A stretch of 64,000 nucleotides of DNA from contig OY970205.1 in assembly GCA_963708335.1 (NCBI GenBank), positions 1,756,676-1,820,675 of the forward strand, written 5' to 3'. The notes under the pieces are model-generated. The model worked only from the letters and a program-made list of their open reading frames with translations, ran no database searches and was not told where the DNA came from. Within the stretch, counting starts at the first letter, position 1; every line of letters begins with the position of its first letter. Both the position numbers and the translations under genes were made by a program. This document shows positions 19,621 through 28,072 of the stretch, in pieces. The stretch comes from an uncultured Acidobacteriaceae bacterium (lineage in GTDB: Bacteria > Acidobacteriota > Terriglobia > Terriglobales > Acidobacteriaceae).

Positions 19621-19655
19621 GCGTTACAAAGGACTATAAGACTTAAGACGTAGGC
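19621..19655 (-). promoter_or_regulatory. shared upstream motif, copy C (CCTAC-N5-AAGTCTTATA-N2-CCTTT-N3-ACGC)
   Basis: Minus-strand sequence CCTACGTCTTAAGTCTTATAGTCCTTTGTAACGC, upstream of the HdeD-Hsp20 genes. Confidence 0.35.
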
Positions 19656-19718
19656 AGACCGCAGTTCGGACACGACCCTTGCGATCTGCGCTGGATGCGC
19701 CCTGAACGGGCATCCCAC

Positions 19719-20015
19719 TCAAGCCGTGGTTCGCGCTTGGTGGCGAAACACGTAAAGGTACTTATCGTCGGAACTGGTGGCCAAGGGCACGTTGTTTTTC
19801 TGAGCGGCACGGTGCACAGCCGCCCGCAGATCGGCCTTCTTTACTCCAACCTTCAAGAACTCAACTTTCAGCGCACTGTACTGGTCGAGTTTTTCCAGAT
19901 CGCTCAGGATCTGGGAGACCATCTTGTAATGCTTACCCATTCGCCGGTTGGCTGCCGCGGCCAGAGGAATGGCCGCAAAATGAAGTCGCGGAGGAGGAAT
20001 CTTCTTGTCTTTCAC
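19719..20015 (-). CDS. hypothetical protein
   Basis: 98-aa ORF divergent from the kinase gene. No domain recognised. Confidence 0.4.
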   Translation of the reverse strand: MKDKKIPPPRLHFAAIPLAAAANRRMGKHYKMVSQILSDLEKLDQYSALKVEFLKVGVKKADLRAAVHRAAQKNNVPLATSSDDKYLYVFRHQARTTA

Positions 20016-20302
20016 ACGCGCTCCTTTTACATACGCTGCGAACTGCAGCGTCGCATACCGTACTAAGACGAACTACAAATGAACATATTATCGCATTTGC
20101 ATTTTGTGGAACGTATCGCAGCGTATCGTTCCAGAGTGGAATATATTGTTAGCGTAAAGCTACTCATAACGCTACACACTAACACGCGCCATCCTTGAAC
20201 TGGGGTCCGTTGCTGCAAAGTAGCTGAACATTCACGATCGGTGGACTTTTGGGCCCACTTGCGCCTCCCGTGCGCTCGTAGCTCGATTGCTGGAGGACTG
20301 CG

Positions 20303-21940
20303 ATGGAATTCCTCAGAACTCTGTTTTCTGCCAATGATTTCATGCCCCATGGATTTTGCTATTCGTGGAATACCGGCCTTGTCTGGCTGCATGTCATCTC
20401 CGATTCTTTGATCGCGCTGTCCTACCTCTCAATTCCGGTGACGCTGGTTTATTTCATCCGCAAACGGCGAGATCTGCCATTTAACTGGATGTTCGTCGCC
20501 TTTGGAATATTCATTCTGGCATGTGGAGCTACCCACGCCATGGAAGTGTGGACGCTATGGCACGCCACTTACTGGCTCTCCGGCGCGGTCAAAGCTATAA
20601 CTGCTGTAGCTTCGCTCACCACTGCGGTCCTCCTGGTCAAGCTAGTTCCGCAAGCGCAGGCACTGCCGAGTCCAGAGGAGTTGAGGCGTGAGATCGCCGA
20701 GCGCTCGCGGGCTCAAGCCGAGCTCGCCCAAGCGAAAAACAACCTGGAACAGCGTGTAGAGGAACGAACTGCGGAGATCGCTGCGACGAATCAGATACTC
20801 ACTCTAGAGATTCGCAGGCGTGCGCAGACCGAAGACGAACTGCGTGCAAGTGAGGAGCGATTTCGTTTGCTCATTGAAGGGGTCCGCGATTATGCCATTT
20901 TTTCACTGACTCCGACGGGATACATCACGAGTTGGAATGCTGGTGCTGAACATATCAAGGGCTACCAAGCGGCTGAGATTATAGGCCGGCACTTCTCCCT
21001 TTTTTACACGCAAGAAGATCTTGAACGTGGCGAGCCACAGATGCAGTTGCTGACAGCAGCGGACGAAGGTCGCTCTGAAGACGAGGGCTGGCGGGTTCGG
21101 AAAGACGGATCGCGCTTTTGGGCGAACGCGATCATCACGCCATTGCGCGACCGGAAAGGAAAGCTGATTGGCTTCTCGAAGATAACTCGTGATCTCAGCG
21201 AACGAAAACAAGCCGAGAACGCCGCGCAGGAAGCCAGGTCGGAACTGGCTCGCATGGCACGCGTCACGGCGGCAGGAGAATTGACCGCGTCCATCGCGCA
21301 CGAGATCAAACAGCCACTTGCAGCCATCGTCAACAATGCAAATGCCTGCAATCGGATGCTGGCGAAGCCGTCGCCGGACATCGAGGAATTGCGCGAGGCT
21401 ATCGCCGACATCGCACAATCCGGGATGAGGGCAAGCGAAATCGTCTCCCACATCCGCGCGTTTTTCAATAAGACAAGTCAGGACAAAGCCCAAATCGATC
21501 TGAATCAAATCATCCACGAAGTTCTTTCGCTTACCGTTGCAGAGGCAGAGAGGAATCGCGTTTCGGTCCAAACTGAATTGGGAGGCGAATTACCCCCAGT
21601 CCTGGGCGTCCGGGTTGAACTGCAGCAGGTTGTCCTGAACCTGGTGATGAATGGTATTGAGTCAATGACCTCCGTAAAAGGAGAGCGAAAATTGCACATC
21701 AGCTCTCAACAACAAGAACCGGGGAAATTACTGGTCACCGTTCAGGACTCTGGCGGGGGCCTCGACCCTCAACATGCCGTTCATATTTTCGATAGCTTCT
21801 TTACAACCAAACCTGAAGGAATGGGCATGGGACTGCCGATCAGCCGATCAATCGTGGAGGCTCACGGCGGCCAATTGAGGCTTGTCCCGTTGTCGCGGCA
21901 AGGAGCCACCTTCCAGTTCACACTTCCGGCGTGCGCCTAA
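20303..21940 (+). CDS. sensor histidine kinase with ethylene-binding-domain-like 3-TM module, coiled coil and PAS domain
   Basis: N-terminus ISDSLIALSYLSIPVTLVYFIRK...FNWMFVAFGIFILACGATHAMEVWT aligns by eye to the plant ETR1 ethylene-binding domain, including the Cys and His copper ligands. PAS (ERFRLLIEGVRDYAIFSL...GYITSWNAGAE). H-box ASIAHEIKQPL. HATPase_c. Confidence 0.8.
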   Translation: MEFLRTLFSANDFMPHGFCYSWNTGLVWLHVISDSLIALSYLSIPVTLVYFIRKRRDLPFNWMFVAFGIFILACGATHAMEVWTLWHATYWLSGAVKAITAVASLTTAVLLVKLVPQAQALPSPEELRREIAERSRAQAELAQAKNNLEQRVEERTAEIAATNQILTLEIRRRAQTEDELRASEERFRLLIEGVRDYAIFSLTPTGYITSWNAGAEHIKGYQAAEIIGRHFSLFYTQEDLERGEPQMQLLTAADEGRSEDEGWRVRKDGSRFWANAIITPLRDRKGKLIGFSKITRDLSERKQAENAAQEARSELARMARVTAAGELTASIAHEIKQPLAAIVNNANACNRMLAKPSPDIEELREAIADIAQSGMRASEIVSHIRAFFNKTSQDKAQIDLNQIIHEVLSLTVAEAERNRVSVQTELGGELPPVLGVRVELQQVVLNLVMNGIESMTSVKGERKLHISSQQQEPGKLLVTVQDSGGGLDPQHAVHIFDSFFTTKPEGMGMGLPISRSIVEAHGGQLRLVPLSRQGATFQFTLPACA

Positions 21941-21961
21941 CGCCGGCATTTGCGGTCCAGC

Positions 21962-22588
21962 ATGAACGAAACTCCGCCCATTGTCTTTGTGGTCGACGAC
22001 GAGTCAGCCGTTGGGGTCTCCATTAAGAGATTGTTGCATTCCGTCGGCCTCGAAGCTCGGCACTTTACTTCGGCGAGCGAGTTTTTGCGCGCGAAACGTC
22101 CCGATGCACCGGGTTGTATCGTCCTCGATGTCCGCCTGCCCGACCTGAGCGGTCTTGATCTCCAGCAAGAGCTGGCGAAGGCAAACGTGGATCTTCCAGT
22201 GATCTTTGTCACCGGTCACGCCGATATTCCCATGACCGTCCGCGCCATGAAGGCGGGTGCCGTGGAATTTCTCACCAAACCTTTCCGCGAGCAGGAACTA
22301 CTGGAAGCGGTGCAGCGCGCCATCAGCAGACACCGCCAGACCCGAGATCAACGCGCTTCGATGAAAGTGCTGCAGAGCCGCTATGAGTTGTTGACGCCTC
22401 GCGAGCGCGAGGTGTTTCCCCTGGTCGTCAGCGGCTTACTCAACAAACAAGTCGCCGCCGAACTTAACGCCAGCGAGAAGACGATCAAAGTCCACCGCGG
22501 CCAGCTCATGCAAAAGATGGAAGCCCATTCCCTTTCTGACCTCATCCGAATGGCCGAACAGCTGGGAGTTCTTTCCCCCAGGTCCTAG
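21962..22588 (+). CDS. FixJ/LuxR-family response regulator
   Basis: REC (VFVVDDE ... IVLDVRLPD ... TKPF) plus LuxR HTH (LTPREREVFPLVVSGLLNKQVAAELNASEKTIKVHR). Paralogue of 6136-6768. Confidence 0.85.
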   Translation: MNETPPIVFVVDDESAVGVSIKRLLHSVGLEARHFTSASEFLRAKRPDAPGCIVLDVRLPDLSGLDLQQELAKANVDLPVIFVTGHADIPMTVRAMKAGAVEFLTKPFREQELLEAVQRAISRHRQTRDQRASMKVLQSRYELLTPREREVFPLVVSGLLNKQVAAELNASEKTIKVHRGQLMQKMEAHSLSDLIRMAEQLGVLSPRS

Positions 22589-22655
22589 TCACATAGGACC
22601 AAGGGCCAATAGACGAAATTAACTTCCGCGTCTAGTCTCAGATTGTAAGGGGGAG

Positions 22656-23132
22656 ATGAGTATGAGTTCACTAACTTTTAGCGCCGCAGAGATCGAAAAC
22701 GGGCCTCCTCCGCTACCCGATGTGATCCACTCGGATCCGGAGGGACGCGGAAAAGCAAAAGACAGTGCGACTCGGATAGCGATCGTGGACGACGATCCAT
22801 GGGTGCGAAGATCGCTGGACAGGTTGATGAGGTCTGCAGGTTTCAAAACAGCGTGCTTTGGCTCAGCAGAGGAATTCCTCGAGTCCGCCGATGATTTCCC
22901 CGGCTGCATGATTCTCGATCTGAAGCTTCCTGGGATGAGCGGACTGGAACTTCAACGTCGCCTGGTGGACACGGATAGAAAAATACCGATTGTTTTCGTG
23001 TCAGCACACGAAGACAGGGCTTCGAAAAGTCAGGCCTTGGAGGCAGGAGCCACGGCCTTTCTGAATAAGCCCTTCGGTGATGAGACCTTGCTCGAGGTTG
23101 TGGACTCGGCATTGAGACCGGGAAGATCGTGA
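22656..23132 (+). CDS. stand-alone receiver-domain protein
   Basis: IAIVDDDP ... MILDLKLPGMSG ... NKPF. Paralogue of 6922-7311, with about 35 extra N-terminal residues. Confidence 0.75.
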   Translation: MSMSSLTFSAAEIENGPPPLPDVIHSDPEGRGKAKDSATRIAIVDDDPWVRRSLDRLMRSAGFKTACFGSAEEFLESADDFPGCMILDLKLPGMSGLELQRRLVDTDRKIPIVFVSAHEDRASKSQALEAGATAFLNKPFGDETLLEVVDSALRPGRS

Positions 23133-23281
23133 GTATATGCAGTTCAACGGTGCGTAATCTGACGTGATCGCAAAAGGGACAGCTGACAGCTCCCAGCGTC
23201 AGCATCCAGCGAAACACCGAGATCGTCAGAACGCACTACAACGTAAACGCGAAAACGGGGCGACTGGAGGCTGCAGTGGCT

Positions 23282-24121
23282 ATGGTTAAAAAGATCGTTG
23301 AGCGACGACCCAGAAGCGGTCGGCCTTCGCTAGGAGTAACCACATCCCCCAAGAATTCTGTTGGGGCCAATATCCACGAGATTCTGCTCAGAGATCCATC
23401 GCGTGAGTTGGCGAACTCCAGGAAGGACTCGGCGAATTCTGACGGCCTGGAAAAGCTTTCGATCGAGACTCGCCCGGCCGTCGGCCGTTGTTTCAAAGTG
23501 TTGGTCGCAGATGATCACCCGGTTGTACGCTCCGGGCTGGCGTGGCTTCTCGGTAATCGGAGTGACATGCAGATCATTGGCGAGGCCAAGGACGGGCGCG
23601 AAGCAGTCGAACAATTTTCCGCGCGACATCCCGACATCGCGTTGTTGGATCTCCGCATGCCCGTGATGGACGGGATCCAGGCCGTAGCTCAGATTTGTGA
23701 GAAAGATCCCTCCGCCCGTCTTGTCATTCTCACTACCTTTCAGAGCGAAGAGGACATTTATCGCGCGCTTCGGGCTGGCGCTCAGGGATATCTGATCAAG
23801 GATGCGCCGGTCGAAGAGTTGGTCGGCTGTATCCACTCCGTATGCCAAGGCAGGTCTTGGATTCCACCCTCGGTGGGCGCCAAGTTGGCCAAGCGGGTTA
23901 CGGATCGGGAACTGACCCGGCGCGAGATGGAAATTATGCAGGCAATCGTTCGTGGCAAAAGTAATAAAGAGATCGGATGTTTATTTGACATCAGCGAGGC
24001 CACGGTCAAAGTGCATGTCACACATATTCTGGAGAAGTTGAAGGTCACCGGAAGGACGGAAGCCATTAACGTGGCGGTAAGAAGGGGATTGGTGGAGATC
24101 GACTCGGCGCTGGTCGCATGA
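23282..24121 (+). CDS. NarL/LuxR-family response regulator with N-terminal extension
   Basis: REC (VLVADDHPVVRSGL ... LLDLRMPVMDG) plus LuxR HTH (LTRREMEIMQAIVRGKSNKEIGCLFDISEATVKVHVTHILEKL). About 70 aa precede the REC domain. Start uncertain. Confidence 0.8.
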   Translation: MVKKIVERRPRSGRPSLGVTTSPKNSVGANIHEILLRDPSRELANSRKDSANSDGLEKLSIETRPAVGRCFKVLVADDHPVVRSGLAWLLGNRSDMQIIGEAKDGREAVEQFSARHPDIALLDLRMPVMDGIQAVAQICEKDPSARLVILTTFQSEEDIYRALRAGAQGYLIKDAPVEELVGCIHSVCQGRSWIPPSVGAKLAKRVTDRELTRREMEIMQAIVRGKSNKEIGCLFDISEATVKVHVTHILEKLKVTGRTEAINVAVRRGLVEIDSALVA

Positions 24122-24141
24122 ATGATTAAGGGAGCAATGCC

Positions 24142-25308
24142 ATGAAAGCAGAGAATGTATTTGACATGCCTCGTCCTTTGAGTGTCGCCGACGGCCAACC
24201 CTTTTCAAAGGAAGATTACGTTGCCGAGGCGGCCATCCTTGAGATGCCCCAATCGCCCGCTGCCATCCGGCGATCGGCATTTCTCGAGCTGATTCTGCGG
24301 CAGATTCCAGATGGTGTAATCGTGTCTGACCGACAGGGAACCATCATCTTTGCCAACCCCGCCGCAAAGCAACTCGCGCAGTTTGATCCGGAAGGACAGC
24401 CACTTGATCTGGCGCAGAGCATTTGGGGAGAACTGTTCGACGGCGCCGGAGCTCACATAGCCGCCGAGGACTGGCCGCTGATGAGAGCTCTGCGAGGGGA
24501 GCGGACGAACGGTAAAGAATGCCGCCTGATCAATCTAGGAGGGGAATGCAGCGAAATTGTCTTCAATGCGCGCCCCGTCCAGGACGTGTCCGGCCAGGTT
24601 GTCGGAGCCATCGCAACACTTACGGATATTACCCATCAGAAACGTGCTGAATGGCAACTCCGCGAAGAATTACTGGAAAAGCAGCGTACCAACATGGCCG
24701 CGGATATTCACGACACGGTATCACAGAGTCTGGCGGCGATCGTGCTCCAACTGAGGGCGGTGGAGATGGAAATGCCCAGAAGTCCGGAGCTGGCGCAAAG
24801 ACATTTGCGCAGCGCACAAGATGTTGCCCAAGACAGTTTGCGTGAGACCCGGCGTTCCATTTGGACGCTGTCTCAAGAATCGCTTCAAGGACAAGATCTG
24901 GCCCAAGCGCTATCGCTGTTGGCTCAGCAGTTCTTCAGCGCGACACCGGTCAAATTGAAACTCTCGCTGCAGCAGGAGCCGCACTCCTTGTCGCCCGACG
25001 CCCGCCGCGAGCTCATAAGGATTGGCAGGGAGGCGTTAGCCAACGTGTTGAAGCACGCAAAGGCAACGAAAGTTCGCCTCGCGTTGCTTTACACCAATCG
25101 AGAGGTTCGCTTGCATGTGGACGATAACGGGCGTGGATTCGCGACCCCCGGTGGTCCGCACGCTGCCGGCGGCTATGGTTTGACGAGCATGTCCCGGCGC
25201 GCCGAGAGCCTGGGCGGAAAGATCGATGTCCGCAGTTACCCGGGCCGGGGGACACGCGTTGTCGCACGTGTGCCCTTGGATTCTCGCGTTTTGCGAAGGT
25301 CGGCATAG
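24142..25308 (+). CDS. cytoplasmic PAS + HisKA_3-type sensor histidine kinase (NarX/DegS class)
   Basis: PAS-like segment (ILRQIPDGVIVSDRQGTIIFANPAA). H-box AADIHDTVSQSL. HATPase_c (DDNGRGF ... GYGLTSMSRRAESLGG). Confidence 0.8.
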   Translation: MKAENVFDMPRPLSVADGQPFSKEDYVAEAAILEMPQSPAAIRRSAFLELILRQIPDGVIVSDRQGTIIFANPAAKQLAQFDPEGQPLDLAQSIWGELFDGAGAHIAAEDWPLMRALRGERTNGKECRLINLGGECSEIVFNARPVQDVSGQVVGAIATLTDITHQKRAEWQLREELLEKQRTNMAADIHDTVSQSLAAIVLQLRAVEMEMPRSPELAQRHLRSAQDVAQDSLRETRRSIWTLSQESLQGQDLAQALSLLAQQFFSATPVKLKLSLQQEPHSLSPDARRELIRIGREALANVLKHAKATKVRLALLYTNREVRLHVDDNGRGFATPGGPHAAGGYGLTSMSRRAESLGGKIDVRSYPGRGTRVVARVPLDSRVLRRSA

Positions 25309-25603
25309 CGCGCCGGCAGGAAGGTTTCAATGGGTACAACGCGAAGCATCCAGCAGGAGTCGTATACGCGAGTCGGACTCATGCCTAAGCGGAGGCTACG
25401 TACCTGCTCTGAAAGTCAAATGATGCCCATGTGCGATTGTGCGGTGAGGGGGCATTGCATACGATGAGCTTTTCCTGGAGCTAAGACCTCTGTCCTTCGG
25501 CCAGAGTTCAGGCTCAAGGTCAACCGCCACTAACTCGCAGTTGTTAAGAGCAACTCAGAGCTTCTCAACTGCGAATGGAAAGAAAGGAAGTCGGAGGTGC
25601 GTT

Positions 25604-25825
25604 ATGAGTCCCGCCAGCCTGAGACTCATCGGCAACGTCAGCGACATCTGTCGGCCCGTGTATAGCAGCGACAACCAGGAGCAGGTGACCGTGTTTGTGG
25701 AGGGCGCGGAGCCGTTGTACGCCGAGATCCGCATTCCCAACAAGCAGGGGTGGAGACTTGGCCAAAAAGTAGTGGTCATGATCGCGCCGGTTTCGACGGA
25801 CGATGGCCGGGACTCATCAACCTAA
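25604..25825 (+). CDS. small hypothetical protein
   Basis: 73 aa from ATG 25604 with a GGAGGTG RBS. Sits 56 nt upstream of the eRF1-like gene. Confidence 0.4.
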   Translation: MSPASLRLIGNVSDICRPVYSSDNQEQVTVFVEGAEPLYAEIRIPNKQGWRLGQKVVVMIAPVSTDDGRDSST

Positions 25826-25881
25826 TTCTGTGTACTCCCATACCCGGGCCCCCGATCTAGGCGCTAAGAGGTGGCGCAGAT

Positions 25882-27150
25882 ATGAGCGACCAGCAGGCGC
25901 TCCAAGAGCGCGAGAAACAAATCGCGACTCTGCGCGAGCTAAGGAAAAGGAGGCACGAAGAGCGGGCTGAGCGGCCACCCAGGCTGCTGAGGGGGCTCGA
26001 CGCGCCTGCCGTAATCTCGAAAGAAGAGATCAAGGGCCTTCTCAAGGCGGAATATCAGAATCTTGTGGTGAGTCTTTATCTGCAGCTGGGTCCCGACAAG
26101 GTAGCGCCCATACAAAAAGCTCTGGCAAGGTCCTTTCACTCGCTACAGACTCGCGAACTGGAGCGACGGAAAGACTTGATCGAAGCAATTCCCAAAGCAC
26201 AAAAGGAAATGCTCACGCACGACTTGCAGGAAATTGAAGAACTTCTCGCGCAATATTATGTTCCGCACGATTCCCACACGCTTATCATTTTCAAGTCTGC
26301 AGGGGAACTAAACCGTGTCATTCAACTCCCGGTTCACGCGACCGACAGGTTAACGATTGATCCCGACCCCTACATTGTTCCGCTGGAGATGATTCTGGAG
26401 GAGAATGAGCGCGTCCTCTTCCTCGAAATCGAGAAGCAGGAAAGCCGATTTCAGATTTACCACTTTGGACAGCGCCAGGAACAAGACAGGATTCAGTCCT
26501 TTGTGCCCTCGGATCGCGTGGACGATTCGATTCCTGGTCGCGCGCAGCGGCATCGCCTGACGCACCTCGAGCGACATTTGAAGGCGACTGCCCAACAGGC
26601 ATATCACCTTTATAACGATTCGTCCTTCGACGTCCTGGTTCTAATGGGCGAGGAGCGAGTCATGCACCTGCTGGAAGAGTTCCTTCACGCGACTGTCAAG
26701 GCACAGATTATCGGCCGCATCTATGGCTCACCTGATGCGGATCTTCGCGACCGGAAGAGCCTGATCGAAAACGCGCTTCGCGACCACAAAGCTGATCGGG
26801 AGATCAAAGCGATTGCGGACCTGAAAGAACACAATCCCGCTGAGATTGCACGCAGCCTCGGAAGCGTTGTCAAAGCCTGCAACCTGTTCCTTGTCCGCAA
26901 GTTGATCGTTAGTGTGGGTTTGCATCACCAAGGTTTCATCTGCAAGGAACATCACTATCTTTCCCTTGAGCCCAACGACTGTCCTTTCTGCCGAAAGAAA
27001 CTGGTTTCTGTCGAGAACCTGGTCGACGAGATGATCGAGATAGCGCGGCTTCACGCGGTCGAGGTCACCATTGTCAGCTATCATTGGGAGCTCTTAACCG
27101 AGTATGAAGGGATTGCTGCGGTCGTATACGCTCCGTTAACCGCCACCTGA
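25882..27150 (+). CDS. eRF1/Vms1-fold (baeRF-type) protein with C-terminal zinc-ribbon-like insert
   Basis: 422 aa. The loop SIPGRAQRHRLTHLERHLK looks like the GxxQ-R.R catalytic-loop region of bacterial eRF1-like proteins. C-terminal ICKEHH...CPFCRKKL. The call rests on remembered family features only. Confidence 0.4.
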   Translation: MSDQQALQEREKQIATLRELRKRRHEERAERPPRLLRGLDAPAVISKEEIKGLLKAEYQNLVVSLYLQLGPDKVAPIQKALARSFHSLQTRELERRKDLIEAIPKAQKEMLTHDLQEIEELLAQYYVPHDSHTLIIFKSAGELNRVIQLPVHATDRLTIDPDPYIVPLEMILEENERVLFLEIEKQESRFQIYHFGQRQEQDRIQSFVPSDRVDDSIPGRAQRHRLTHLERHLKATAQQAYHLYNDSSFDVLVLMGEERVMHLLEEFLHATVKAQIIGRIYGSPDADLRDRKSLIENALRDHKADREIKAIADLKEHNPAEIARSLGSVVKACNLFLVRKLIVSVGLHHQGFICKEHHYLSLEPNDCPFCRKKLVSVENLVDEMIEIARLHAVEVTIVSYHWELLTEYEGIAAVVYAPLTAT

Positions 27151-27177
27151 TATGTCACCATCGTACTTAAGGGAAAA

Positions 27178-27209
27178 GGCCCAGACCGAGTTTCCGCTCG
27201 GTCTGGGCC
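27178..27209. terminator. bidirectional hairpin between convergent genes
   Basis: Perfect 13-bp stem GGCCCAGACCGAG / CTCGGTCTGGGCC with a 6-nt loop. Confidence 0.6.
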
Positions 27210-27223
27210 TTCCAGCAGACTCT

Positions 27224-27808
27224 TTACGCTGCCTGTCTGAGTTGAGAGTGAGAGGGTACCGGCAAACTATGAATGGCGAAGGCCAACATTACATAGGACC
27301 AGCCGCGGAAGATTAAGGAAATCCCCACGGCAACGCCCATGAACCAAAGGCCGGACCACGGCCACTGCACCCAAAGCAACATACCAAGCAGCAGCGTGAC
27401 CGCGCCGTCGAATACTGCCCACCCCCAATTTGGAAACTTCAGCCGGATGGCAGCAATCACTCGGAAGATTCCGATTACGGTGAAGAAGGAAGCAAAAAGC
27501 AGTGTCCATGCGAGTGCGCCGGCCACCGGGTGTGTGACGATCATCAGTCCGATGAAAATCCCCAGGATGCCGGCCATCAGGTGAAGGAAGATTCCTCCCC
27601 ACTTGCGCATGCGAAACGCGTGGATCGCTTCTATCACACCGCTTAGCACGATGAGCCAGCCCAGTACGAGCACCGTCCCAACGGTCGCGGCGGGTGCGAT
27701 GATGAGCGCGATCGTTCCCAGAAGGAGCATCAAGATTCCCAATACCAGAAACCATCCCCATCGATGGCGAAGACCCTCAAGTTCCATAAGCAACGGAGTC
27801 GTGATCAT
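27224..27808 (-). CDS. HdeD-like (DUF308) acid-resistance membrane protein
   Basis: 194 aa, 6 TM. GWLIVLSGVIEAIHAF..WGGIFLHL ... FRVIAAIRLKFPNWGW. Paralogue of 18811-19416. Confidence 0.7.
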   Translation of the reverse strand: MITTPLLMELEGLRHRWGWFLVLGILMLLLGTIALIIAPAATVGTVLVLGWLIVLSGVIEAIHAFRMRKWGGIFLHLMAGILGIFIGLMIVTHPVAGALAWTLLFASFFTVIGIFRVIAAIRLKFPNWGWAVFDGAVTLLLGMLLWVQWPWSGLWFMGVAVGISLIFRGWSYVMLAFAIHSLPVPSHSQLRQAA

Positions 27809-28072
27809 AAATTCCCTCGCGAAATCAGTGATCTCTCATGATGCTATTGAACCGCAGAGGGTGGAACAATTCCTCGTAAGCATGACCGCCGATTCCGAGG
27901 TGCTGCCTAGGTTCAGGGCGGCCACGAGTGAGAGGCGGGCATACGACTTTCGCACTAGTACCACGAAGCGCCGGTGATGCTTCCTCGGAAAATAAGGAGG
28001 ACGCCCACGTCCTCAACACCAGCACAGCAAAACTGCAGCATTATAAAAAGAGGAAGGCAGTGGCCCGCGGTT

